DNA of 64,000 nt from Octopus bimaculoides (taxonomy: Eukaryota): positions 43,992,591-44,056,590 of the forward strand of contig NC_068996.1 in the NCBI RefSeq assembly GCF_001194135.2, read 5' to 3'. The position numbers were made by a program, and so were the translations under genes. Shown here piece after piece: positions 51,200 to 63,859 of the stretch. Numbering within the stretch: the first letter of the stretch is position 1; every line of letters starts with the position of its first letter. The notes below the pieces were generated by a model. That model was not told where the DNA came from, searched no databases, and saw only the letters and a list, made by a program, of their open reading frames with translations.

Positions 51200-51268
51200 G
51201 CTGATGAAAGGAACAACGTTAACGAAGTGTCTCTGAAAAGAATAGCCAAGAAGGCGCCATATATCTAA
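51200..51268 (+). CDS. SCG5: 7B2 homolog, terminal coding exon (5' end hidden in N gap)
   Basis: Immediately after gap 50982-51199, frame 0 reads ADERNNVNEVSLKRIAKKAPYI* with a second AKK[A/S]P motif. Stop TAA at 51266-51268 is followed by AATAAA at 51306. The acceptor is not visible. Confidence 0.72.
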   Translation, partial: ADERNNVNEVSLKRIAKKAPYI

Positions 51269-51305
51269 GACACCAAATATATAGACAAACTAAAAACAAA
51301 CAATC

Positions 51306-51315
51306 AATAAATAAA
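51306..51315 (+). terminator. Candidate proximal polyadenylation signal(s)
   Basis: Overlapping AATAAA at 51306-51311 and 51310-51315, about 40 nt after the stop. More distal AATAAA sites also exist, so the true 3' end is unknown. Confidence 0.35.
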
Positions 51316-51737
51316 TTAATATATCAGAAATGGAACATTCCCCTTTGAAAGTAATTAACTTGTAAAAAAAAAAAAGATAAAAATTTAACAAAAGTATTCA
51401 ACTGCTGTTTATTCTTCCTATTATTGTTATTATTATTATTATCGTTATTATTATTATTATTATTATTGTTGTTATTATTATTATTATTATTGTTATTATT
51501 ATTATTATTATTATTATTACATAGGGCAGTGACCTGGCAGAATCGTTAGCATGACAGGAAAAATGCTTAGTGGTATTTTGTCTGTCTTATTGTTCTGAGT
51601 TCACATTCTACTGAGGTCGACTTTGTTTTTCATCCTCTCAAGGTTGATAAAATAAGTACCAGTTACGCACTGGGGGGTCGATGTATTTGACTTAGCCCCT
51701 ACCCCTAAATTGCTGGCCTTGTGTCAAAATTTGAAAC

Positions 51738-51781
<44 letters not shown>

Positions 51782-52850
51782 GAAGGCGGCAAGCTCACTG
51801 AATCATTAGTATGTTGGACAAATGCTTGGCAGCATTTCACATCCGTCTTTATGTTCTGAGTTCAAATTCCGCTGAGGTTGACTTTGCCTTTCATCCTTTC
51901 AAGGGTCGATGAAATAAGTACCAGTTATGTGCTGGGGTCGATGTAATTGACTTATCCCCTTCCACCAAAACTTCAGGCCTTGTGCCCATAATAGAAAGAA
52001 TTATCATTACTATTGTTATATATTTTCTGGCAGATTTTATTGGCATTTGTTGTTGTTGTTGTTGTTGTTATTGTTTTTGATGTTTATAGTTTCATTTGTT
52101 AATATTTCAGTTATTTTTAATATTTCATTTATTCATTCATTTATTTATTTTTTTTGAAATTTCAAAAAAAAAAAAAATCTATTTAATGAAATAAACTTTT
52201 GTTTCTCTTCCATGTACTTATGTTTGTTTATTTTCTTTCTTTCTTTCTTTCTTTCTTTCTTTTTTTCTTTATTTTCATCATAATTTATTGAACAGTTACT
52301 AAATGGCTGGTTAATGGTTCACTATTCTGACAAGGTTGACAAAAAAAACATTAATATGTGTGTGTGTGTGTATTATATATATATATGTATAAGTATAGAT
52401 GTATATATATCTATATATATATGTATGTGTGTATATGTATATATGTATTTATATATGTATGCATATCTATATATATATGTATATGTATGAATATATATTA
52501 ATATATAAGTATATTATATATAAATATATATATAAATATATATATATCTAAATGTATATATACACACACACACATAAATACATATACGTGTATGTATACG
52601 CATATACACACACACACAAATATATGTATGTAAATACATATGTATATATATATATTTGTTATTGGCAATGGAAGCAGTATTAGTTCAGAAGAGCAATCTG
52701 TATATCTTACATAATGTTCATGTAGTGTAAGAACACCACAACACTGTAGTATTTGTCTTGAGAAAGCTTCTCATAAACATCTATGCAAGAAACTTTCCTT
52801 AAGATGAACAACTTTGTGTTATGTCTTTTTTACACTATATCTATGTTAAG

Positions 52851-52934
<84 letters not shown>

Positions 52935-53749
52935 AGATTGTTTGTTGTGGTGGTATACAGATTTTATGTATTAATAAAAGAAGTTAGTTAACATCAGGAT
53001 AAATAGTATTTATTGAGCGCTTTCATCCTCTTTAGGGATTTATCATGAGTAATAGCTTATTTCAATAACCCACAATTCATGGTGAATCCCTGAAGGGGAT
53101 AAGAGCACTCAATAAATAGATTTTATTCATCCAGACTATCTTCTTGATGGATAAATACTATTTGTGTGTGTATGTATTTATGTGTGTACATGTGCGTGCA
53201 TGTGTGTGTGCATGTACATGTATGCATGTGTGTGTGATTATGAAAATACTGCACAATTTGCTATGCAATAAGATTGTACCCTGAAACCATATGGTTGTGA
53301 AGCAAAGTTTTTATTTAATTATTTTATTTAATATCATGTAATTAATTTGTTTATAATTAAGTAATCTTTATTTAATATCAATAAAGAACTAGTTATATAA
53401 TGAAACAAATTGAATTAATGCAGTCATTTTTATTCTTCCTTAATAAATATTGTCTTGGCTTTTTTTTTTTTTTTTTTTTGGAAGAAACTATTATCATTAA
53501 TTTAATATTATCCTTCTTGTCATTGCTTGCATTCACATGTTACACTTCAGAAGTAATCAGAATGGTGAAAATAATTTCCTGAGGAAATAAGCACAGGAGT
53601 GCATGTGTGGTTCAGAAGCTTGCTTTCCAACCATGTGGTCTTGGGTTCAGTTCCTTTTTGCAGCAGCATCAGTGCAAGTGTCTTCTGCTATAGCCCTGAG
53701 TTGACCAAAGCCTTGGTAGGCAGAAATTGAATGAAGCATGTCTTGTATG

Positions 53750-55182
53750 TATATTCAAGATGTTTGGGCTAAATTCGACAGTTTGCATAAAAGGAAAAGA
53801 AAGCCTAATATTTCATCCAAAAATTAAAAGTATTTTAAAAGATCATCAACCAGATTGTGGCTGGGAGATGACAATTTACTCAAAGTAACCACCTTTAGCT
53901 TCCACCATGGCTTCAAGATGGCTCTAGAATCTGGTGCAAGCACTCCTCACTGTATTTCTGGGAAAATCTTTGAAGACTTCCTTGACCTTGCCCGCCAGTT
54001 TGGCCTTGGTCTTGCAGGCAGAATGGATGGCGTCTTTCTCAAAAGCACTCCATGTTTAGTAATGAATGGGATTACAATAGGGTGAATTAATAGGCCAGAA
54101 ATTGGGTCTGGTTAAGCCGTTGAAATTCTTTAACAACCTCTTCTGACTCTTTCCAGAACCAAATGCTACTGCCACATGTGAGGTCTGTCTGCTAAGTAAC
54201 AGGACTGGTGTCACAAACAGTTCGTTTCAATTTTAAACAACAAACCACATGGTTTCCCCTTCAAAGCAATCCCCTTCGAGTCTAATGTACTTTTCCATCC
54301 TTCTCTGCCATGCTTCTATACACTGCTGGAAAGATTCATCTGGGATGCCCCTCAGCTCCATCATTACAGCCCTCTTGATGGGCTTCAAGATGGGTCCTTT
54401 TGATGGTCCCCTTGAGCTTGGGGAAAAAAAAATGTCACATGGGGCAAGATCTGGTGAATAGGGAAGTTGTTCCAGTATGGCAATGTTCTTCTCAACCAGG
54501 AACTGCCAGATGCTCAGCCCGTTCTAAATAAGTACATTGTTGTGATGAAGCAACCACGATTTGTCCTGCCACAACTCTTATCTCTTCTTGGGCACTGAGC
54601 GAAGTAAATGCTGCAGAATCTCTTTGTAGACTCGCTGACTGATCATCTGGCCCTGTGGCAAGAACTCACTGTGGAAAATGTCCATAGCTCACACAGCACA
54701 TCCAGTCTCATTACTTTTCAGACAAACCTTATATATATGGCCTCCCTGCAGCTACTCTCTCCAACCACTTCACATATTCATCTGAAACGAGCCTAAGGCC
54801 CTCTTAAAAACTGTGGAGATGAATTCCAGTGTGTGTGGATGCAGTCAGAATGTCCTCTGTGTCCCTTCCTGCTGACCATGGCTTTGTAGTCTCCATTGCT
54901 GCAGACCATGTCACGCCTTACAGCCTTTAAAGTGTTCACAGAGCTTTTGAATAGCAGTCATGATATTGGCATTTTAACACCTGGCATCACTCATCATGCT
55001 ACAGGTAACCCTTTTCTAATACTCAGACGGCTTCCAGTTCACAATGTCAGCTAAATTATTCTCAGCTACAACTTTAATCTTTATGCTCTCCAATGCCGTT
55101 GACTATTCACAAATACGTCAAGATGTTCCTGAAAGAAGGAGATATAAGAAAATTGTCAAATTCAGCCCATATACCCAGTATA
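53750..55182 (-). mobile_element. Decayed maT/Tc1-like (DD37D-type) transposon
   Basis: TIR cores TGGGCT(A/G)AATT(C/T)GACA(G/A)TTT at about 53765-53784 and 55150-55170. Minus-strand remnants RVAAGRPY-VWQ, PNFWPINSPYCNP.HY*TW and AC.RF*SHLEAMVEAKGGYFE*. Confidence 0.7.
54177..54733 (-). mobile_element. Internally deleted mariner element nested in the maT-like element
   Basis: TIRs TGTGAGGTCTGTCTGCTAAGTAACAGGACTGG / CCAGTCTCATTACTTTTCAGACAAACCTTA. The minus strand encodes LPYSPDLAPCD.FFPKLK. Confidence 0.8.
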
Positions 55183-55649
55183 CACACACTCAGACACACA
55201 CATGCACACACATGCATGTAAGTATATCTGTATGTATGTGTGTGTGTGTGTGTGTGACTTTATGTTGTATTTGCTCCCCGTGCTTGACAACCTGTGTTGG
55301 CTTGTTTACATCCCTGTAACTTAGCTGTTTGGTAAAAGAGACTGATAGAATAAGTACCAGACTTTTAAAAAAATGTACGGGTGTCGGGGCATGATTTGTT
55401 CAATTAAAACCTTCCAAGACAAATTTTAGTGGCCACCATCCAATGACTGCAACAAGTAAAAGATAAAATATAAAGAATAAATAGATCGAATGTCATTGAA
55501 CAATTGCTTAAATTCATCTTTGCAAAGGCAGAACATTGCATAAATCTATTTAAATGTTATTGTATAACAATGAAGACCAATATTTCTCTTACTTCGTGTA
55601 GTTTAATGCCAATGACATTAGATGCTTTATATCCAATGCTTTAGAATTT

Positions 55650-56115
55650 ACTATAGTCATCGTCATCATCATCATTTAATGTCCATTTTCCATGCTGGCA
55701 TGGGTTGGGCAGTTTGACAAGAGCTGACCAGCTGAAGGGCTGTTCAGGCTCCATGTCTGTTTTGGCATGGTTTCTACGGCTGGATGCCCTTCCTAATGCC
55801 AACTACTTTACAGAGTGTACTGGGTGCTTTTACTCAGCACTGGAATAAGTGCTTTCAACATGGTACCAGCACCTTTGAGCCGGCAAGATTAGGGATTCTT
55901 AGCTGGAGAGGATTGCAGGGGACAAACCTGCATACAAGGGCAACCGCTCTTTTACTTAGCTTTACTTGATACGTCTTTCCAAGCACAGTAAACCTCTAGG
56001 AGTCTTGGTCCCCTGTTATCCCCTCTGTGAGACCCAACATCTGTAGATCTTTTCTCACTACTTCATCCCACATCTTCCTGGGTCTACCCCATCCACATGT
56101 CCCCCTCTAGTGCTA
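55650..56115 (-). mobile_element. RTE-clade LINE 3' end joined to the family C tail
   Basis: Minus frame GRPRKMWDEVVRKDLQMLGL (RTE C-terminal GRPRKTW type), followed by the family C body and (GAT)n tail. Confidence 0.6.
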
Positions 56116-56374
56116 TTGAATACTTTTGTTTCATCAGAATTTCTTTTTTTAGCGAAATACTTGAACTTTTTAAGTGTTCAGATTATTCTGCCAAATGTAA
56201 TGCTTATTTATTCACATTTGTTTGAATTTAGCATTCATTATCACATAGCTTCAAAATGTCAATGATGTGATTGATTGCTTATCTTTAGAATGGCATTGTA
56301 GGGTAGGTGTGAGAAGATGGATCTGGCTGGTTTGAACATAAAGCAAGTAGAATATTTGGGCTGAATTTGGCCTC

Positions 56375-57140
56375 TTCAACCCTGTTGTTACCATATTTCT
56401 GTTGAGATGCTCTGTGTTTCTTTCAATTAATTTTAAATATAACAAAGAATTTAGTAAAATAACTTAGTTATCATTAAGTTAGTGTTAGGAACATAAATTG
56501 TGACTTAGGTTTAGTGGAAGATTTTAATTCAGAACTTATGAAAACAAGACATTTGTACTCAGAGCCAGAGCCAGTTCCAGCTGGGTTGGTATCTAAAGGG
56601 TTAAGAATTGTTTTTCTATTATATATTTTAACCCTTTTCTTACCATATATCTGTTGAGATGCTCTGTGTTTCTTTCAATTAATTTTAAATATAACAAAGA
56701 ATTTAGTAAAATAACTTAGTTATCATTAAGTTAGTGTTNNNNNNNNNNNNNNNNNNNNNNNNNNNNNNNNNNNNNNNNNNNNNNNNNNNNNNNNNNNNNN
56801 NNNNNNNNNNNNNNNNNNNNNNNNNNNNNNNNNNNNNNNNNNNNNNNNNNNNNNNNNNNNNNNNNNNNNNNNNNNNNNNNNNNNNNNNNNNNNNNNNNNN
56901 NNNNNNNNNNNNNNNNNNNNNNNNNNNNNNNNNNNNNNNNNNNNNNNNNNNNNNNNNNNNNNNNNNNNNNNNNNNNNNNNNNNNNNNNNNNNNNNNNTCT
57001 GTTGAGATGCTCTGTGTTTCTTTCAATTAATTTTAAATATAACAAAGAATTTAGTAAAATAACTTAGTTATCATTAAGTTAGTGTTAGGAACATAAATTG
57101 TGACTTAGGTTTAGTGGAAGATTTTAATTCAGAACTTTTT
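56375..57140. mobile_element. Tandem piggyBac-type MITE copies spanning a gap
   Basis: Copy 56375-56604 ends TGGTATCTAAAGGGTTAA. A near-identical body restarts at TTAACCCTTT (56628) and again after the gap at 56998. Confidence 0.6.
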
Positions 57141-57780
57141 AAAACAAGCTGATAAATCAAGAAAAACATCCAAAATTATATCCAAGTTGTTTCTTTTGTT
57201 TCTTATTTCTTTACTTCCCACAAGGGGCTATACACAGAGGGGACAAGCAAGGACAGACAAATGGATTAAGTCGATTACATCGACTCCAATGCATAACTGG
57301 TACTTATTTAATCGACCCTGAAAGGATGAAAGACAAAGTCGACCTCAGTGGAATTTGAACTCAGAACGTAGCAGCAGACGAAATACCGCTAAGCATTTCA
57401 CCCGGCGTGCTAACGTTTCTGCCAGCTCACCACCTTTCCTTTGTTTCATTAACAAGTAATTGAGACCTTTGGCAATTTGCTGTGCTTATGTAGACTTGTC
57501 AAGCCAAGTGAATTGAGAGTCATGGCCCATGCTGGTAACACATAAAAGGTACCTGTGCCGGTGACACGTAAAAAGCACCTGTGCCAGTGACACATAAAAC
57601 GGGCCCATGCTGGTGACAGGTAAAAATGCACCCACTACTCTCTTGGAGGGGGCTGGCATTAGGAAGGGCTCCCAACCACAGAAAATCAAGCTAAATCAGA
57701 CTGGAACCTGGTACAGCTCTTCAGCTTACCAGTTCAAGTCAAATCATCTAACCCATGCCAGCATGGAAAGCAGATGCTAA

Positions 57781-57820
<40 letters not shown>

Positions 57821-58769
57821 CAATGATGACGACGACGATGACAATGACGATGACGACGACGATGATGATGATGATGATGCACCCGAAGGAAATGAACTTA
57901 TTGTTTTAGGCTTCAAGATCAGACATGCCATTCTACTTCTATTTTGTGCGTAGAAAATTGTCTGGCACAAGACCAACTTTATATTATTGATGGTAATGAT
58001 AAGTTGGTGGCAAAATTTCAGAATGTTCACCTGATGTGAAAGAACACAGTGCAAGAAATTATGATTATGATTTTTTGAAACTATAAACTGAACCATATAA
58101 AAATACATTTTTAGTAGAATTGCTAAGAACTGGTATGTTTATTCAGAGAAAAATATGAAGGTGCATGGCTTAGTGGTTAGGGGTAATCGGCTCACAATCA
58201 TAAGGTCCTGAGTTCAATTTCCGGCAGCGTGTTATGTCCTTGAGCAAGACACTTCATTTCATTTTGCTTCAGCTGGACAAAATTAAGTTGTACATGCAAT
58301 TCAAAGGACTGGGCTTGTCACATTCTGCGTCATGTTGAATCTCTCCGAGGACTACGTTAAGGGCTAAGCATGTCTGTGGAGTACTCAGCCACTTGCACGT
58401 AATTTCACGAGCCAGCTGTTCCACTGATTGGATCAACTGGAACCCTTATTGTCGTAACCGACAGAATGCCAGTCAGAGAAAATACAGTTCCCTGTAAATA
58501 CAAGATGATCTTCAGAAGAGACCTTGATATCAGCTTGTACAATTTTCGTATAGATAATGTAATTGTTACTGTGAAGAAAATAGAGCTTCCCCCCTCCCAG
58601 GGAATATCATAATCAGGTCTTGGAGCGTTTTCTTTGCCTATTGTATCATCATGTACCTAAAGTATAATATCCTTAGGGTTCTATGTGAAGTTATCTGACA
58701 ATATTATTTATATCATGGTATTTATTCATTTGTTTGGTTTAGGGATTTTTTTTCCTTGTGTGTCACTGT

Positions 58770-58777
58770 GTAGAATA

Positions 58778-58808
<31 letters not shown>

Positions 58809-59330
58809 CCNNNNNNNNNNNNNNNNNNNNNNNNNNNNNNNNNNNNNNNNNNNNNNNNNNNNNNNNNNNNNNNNNNNNNNNNNNNNNNNNNNNNNNNNNN
58901 NNNNNNNNNNNNNNNNNNNNNNNNNNNNNNNNNNNNNNNNNNNNNNNNNNNNNNNNNNNNNNNNNNNNNNNNNNNNNNNNNNNNNNNNNNNNNNNNNNNN
59001 NNNNNNNNNNNNNNNNNNNNNNNNNNNNNNNNNNNNNNNNNNNNNNNNNNNNNNNNNNNNNNNNNNNNACACCAACACCTCCACCACCACCACCACCACC
59101 AACACCACCACCACTGACACCAACACCTCCACCACCAACACCCCCACCACTGACACCACTACCACCACAACGACCACCACCAGAACCAGCACCACCACCA
59201 GCACCAGCACCACCACCACCACCACCACCACCTACCGACCCCCTACCACTGACACCATTACAATTACACCCCACTGCCACCACTGTTGTCACCAATTCCA
59301 CCAACCCAAATAAGATCACCACTAACATTA
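58770..59330. repeat. (CAC)n-derived low-complexity tract with gap
   Basis: Degenerate ACC/CAC arrays that give the P/T-rich pseudo-ORF. Confidence 0.9.
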
Positions 59331-60029
59331 AGCTACCGTGTATCTGCTGTACCTAAAAAGGATACGGATCTTGTGAAGGTTGCATGGAGATGTAGCAGTT
59401 GGTTACGCAGCAGGTGACCTATCTCCATGCTCCTGATGTGGTTTAAGGGAAGGATATGATCTTATACGGCTCCACAGAGCAGTTGCCAGAACAAAACTGA
59501 AGACAAACTCCAATATAGTTGATTGTATTGATCTTGATACTTTTAATGACGTGCAAACTGGTATTCATTGTTATTGGTACTGGTACCAAGACAATGCAGA
59601 TATCCAAGAATAAAATACTCGATTGTGATCACAGACCAAACCAATCAAAACAAAGGAGATAAAGCATTTGTAAATACACACTTTAAGGATAAGATTGATA
59701 AAGCACCCATCATGCTCTGTAAAGTGGTTGGAATTAGGGAGGGCATCCAGCTGTAGAAACCAAACCACAACAGACAACTGGAGTCGGGACAGTTCACCAG
59801 CTGGCCAGCGTCCTGACTGGTCAGCTCCTGTCAATCTGTCCAACCCATGCCAGCTAGGAAAACAAATGTTAAATAACAATGATGATAATGATGACGATGA
59901 TGACAGGTCGGCAAGCTGGCAGAAGCATTAGTATGCTGCGTGAAATGCTTAGTGGTATTTCGTCTGTCTTTGCGTTCTGAGTTCAAATTCCGCCAAGGTC
60001 GACTTTGCTTTCATCCTTTTGAGGTCTCA

Positions 60030-60710
60030 TTTTTTACTAGTGAGCATGCATTTCAATGAGCTGATTGCAGTAAACCTCTGCTGTAATGTTCTGATTGGCT
60101 ACCAGAAAGCTTTAATGAACAACACCAATTGCAGACCACCAGACAGTCACCATAATCTTTTGCTGATGCAACTTTGGCTTTGGGAAATGTTGGCGGACTC
60201 ATCTTGATCAAGCCATTGATCTGATTGTTTACAGTTATCATAAAAGATCCACTTTTCATCACAAGTGACTATTCAATCAAGAAAAAGATCATTGATGTTT
60301 CGCAGAAAGAGCATCGAGTACACTTCAAAATGCCAAACTTTCTGATTTTCATTGAGCTCATACGATACCCATTTATCAAGCTTTCTCACCTTACCAATCT
60401 TCTGCAGATTGCATGAGACCATTGCAATACCGACACCAGGTGCCTGAGACATTTTCTGACACTTTGTCACAGGTTTTGTTCAACAATTGCTTTCAATTGT
60501 CCATTGTCAAGACTGCACGACTGTTCTCTACTTTCTTCATCTTCAAGGCTTTCATCACCACAACGGAATTTCTGAAACTACCTTCGCAGTGTGTGATCAC
60601 TTGTGAACCCCTTTCCTCAATGCTTTGTTGATATTGGCAACAGTTCGGGAAGCATTGTGCCTAAGCTTGAACTCATGCAAGAAAAGTAAGTGAAGGTCTA
60701 TTTTTGTCAT
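60030..60710 (-). pseudogene. mariner transposase N-terminal remnant
   Basis: ATG at 60710; MTKIDLHLLFLHEFKL...FQKFRCGDESLEDEE...KWVSYELNENQK...FLD...TCDEK.IFYDN, with stops and frameshifts. Truncated next to a family B SINE. Confidence 0.8.
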
Positions 60711-63508
60711 ATTCATAATTAAAGGCACCTATGTTTCAAGAATGTTTTCTGTTTGAAATAAATAAAAAAATTATTAAAGAGCATACATCAGTTATTAGGT
60801 ATGTCGAAATTCACCTAAAATATAATTAAAGTACTATGATAAAATTGCGTTTCAAAACAGAACACTTAAAGCAGCCATTGTTTTCGGAACAGCATAATGA
60901 TATATGAATGTACCAATGCACATTATAGAACACTAATGTGCAGATGTATATTGCAGCACATAAATGCGCATTTACAACCTTTTGTTTAGATAACATACTT
61001 ACATTTCAACATATATTGTTTACTCAAACAGTCCCACATTCAAATTTACTTAATTACAATATTCGGTACCTCTCTGTCTCATGACATACGCCATAGCAAT
61101 GCGACTACCATTACCAAACATATAATTATGTTGGTGGAAGCTTTTACGTAAGTTGCTCAACCTTTCACAAAATGAATAAATAAATAAAGGAACAATTAAA
61201 TAAAAATCAAAAAAAAATCCCAAAACATTGGATGATATACTTTGAGATTAACTATGCTTGAAAATGCAAGTGATGGTCATGGTTAGAATGCTTTTGATCA
61301 TATGTCGTCTATTCAATAAGACCTGGCTTAGTCTTAATCAGTACTATAACAACTGCATTATCACTACTGCTTACTAATATATATTTAGTGCGTGTTACTA
61401 TTCCAGGCTGTGGAGGTGCAATGGCCCAGTGGTTAGGGCAGCGGACTCGTGGTCGTAAGATCGCGGTTTCGATTCCCAGACCGGGCGTTTTGTGAGTGTT
61501 TATTGAGCGAAAATACCTAAAGCTCCAAGAGGCTCCGGCAGGGGATGGTGGCGAAGCCTGCTGTACTCTTCCACCACAACTTTCTCTCACTCTTACTTCC
61601 TGTTTCTGTTGTACTTGTAATTCAAAGGGTCAGCCTTGTCACACTCTGTGTCATGCTGAATCTCCCTGAGGATTACGTTAAGGGTACACGTGTCTGTGGA
61701 ATGCTCAGCCACATGCATGTTAATTTCACGAGCAGGCTGTTCCGTTGATTGGATCAACTGGAACCCTCATTGTCGTAACCGACGGAGTGCCAACAACTAT
61801 TCCAGGTTGGTGTTCTTTTATTCTTTTATTCTTTTACTTGTTTCAGTCATTTGACTGCAGCCATGCTGGAGCACCGCCTTTAGTCAAACAAATTGACCAA
61901 AGGACTTATTCTTTGTAAGCCTAATACTTATCCTATTGGTCTGTTTTGCTGAACTGCTAACTTATGGGGACATAAACACATCAACATCGGTTGTCAAGTA
62001 ATGATTGGGTGGGGACAAACACCGACACACAAATACAAACAAAAACTGATCTCGCCTGTGCTTGTGTCACATAAAAAGCACTAAGTCCTCTCTGCTGAGT
62101 GGTTGATGTTAGGAAGGGCATCCAGCTGTAAAAATCCTGCCAAAACAGTCACAGAAGTCTAGTGCAGGCTTCGGCTTGGTTGGCTTGTGTGGCACCATCC
62201 CACCAATGCTAGCATGGAACACGGATGTTAAATAATGATGATGATGATTTATATATGATGGGCTTCTTTCAGTTTCCATCTACCAAATCCACTCACAAAG
62301 TTTTGGTCAGCCTGATGCTATAGTAGAAGACACTTCTCCAAGGTGCCATGCAGTGGGACTGAACCTGGAACCTTGTGATTGGGAAGTATGCTTCTTACCA
62401 CACAACCAGCTCCTGCATCTATATATAGATAAAAGTCATTAAGGTGTCAGAGAAATACCTTGCAGTATTTATTCCAGTTCTTTGCTTTCTGAGTTCAAAT
62501 CCAGTAAGTTAACTTTATCTTTCTTTCATTTTTAACCCTTTAATACAACAGTTCTCAAGAAGGGTCCACAATGCCCATTGATGGGTGGTGCCCACATAAG
62601 ATTTTTTTGTTAAAGTTTATGTGTAATAAACTGGTTATTCTTCTATAATACACAAAACATCATCATCATCATCATCGGTTAACGTCCGCTTTCCATGCTA
62701 GCATGGGTTGGACGATTTGACTGAGGACTGGTGGACCAGATGGCTGCACCAGGCTCCAATCTGATTTGGCAAAGTTTCTACAGCTGGATGCCTTTCCTAA
62801 CGCCAACCACTCCGAGAGTGTAGTGGGTGCTTTTATGTACCACTGGCACAAAGGCCAGTCAGGCGGTACTGGCAACGGCCACGCTCAAAATGGTGTATTT
62901 TACGTGCCACCTGCACAGGAGCCAGTCGAGGGGCACTGGCAACAACCTTGCTCGAAAATCCTACGAAGGCCAGCAATTATTTTTTTTATATTTGATTATA
63001 AAAATATAACAGGAGTTTTCAAGTGTTGAATGGTTTGGGGGTTCAACAGAATAAAACTGGAATCCAAGGGGTCCAAAGGTAATAAGTGGTTGGCAACCAC
63101 TGCTTTGGCATTTAAACTGGCCATACAGGCCCAAATGTTTTACCTGTTTTGCATTCACACTGGACAGATCCAGCTTCTCACACCTACCCAATAATGCCAT
63201 TGCAAAAATAAGTAATCACATTGTTGAAATCTTGAAGCTTTGGAGTAATGCATGATTTATTCTGAATAATGTTAATCAATAAATATTTGACTCGTCAGAG
63301 TAATCTGAATGATAGAGAGGATTAAAGTAAGGTACTACCCAAGGGCTAGAGCTGATACACCCCTCTCTCTCTCTCTTGCTCCCTCTCTTGATCTCTCTCT
63401 TTCTAACTCTCTCTCTTTCTAACTCTCTCTCTCTCTATCTTTCTATATTTCTCACTTTTTCTTTCTCTCTCTCCCCTCTCTCTTCATTCCTATCCCCTTC
63501 TCTCTTTC

Positions 63509-63551
<43 letters not shown>

Positions 63552-63859
63552 AACACACACAAAAACATAATAATGACCTGCTCTGTACTCCAAGAAGACT
63601 GTAGTAGTCCATTCGGAGTATGGCTTTCTTTCCTAGACACCCACTTCCACTCACTTACCACGGAAGAATAGTAAGTTATGGAAACACAAACAAACCAACA
63701 CAAACATTAAGGTAGGACACAAACACAAACATTAAGACACACTAACATACATACACATATATATAAATTACCAAATTCACTTAGAAGGCACTGGGTGACC
63801 TGGAAACCACATGGTCACAAAGAAAGCTTCTTAACCATACAGCTGTGCCTACGCCTACA

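Noticed and set aside
51201-51230. CTGATGAAAGG...GAAG at the start of the terminal exon resembling a hammerhead core
   Set aside because: No proper stem II and GAAG instead of GAAA. The open frame with IAKKAP explains the sequence better.
2271-59356. Long ORFs in the track containing X runs or HT/YI/CV/SL/RE repeats
   Set aside because: They are translations of N gaps and microsatellites, with no splice or homology support.
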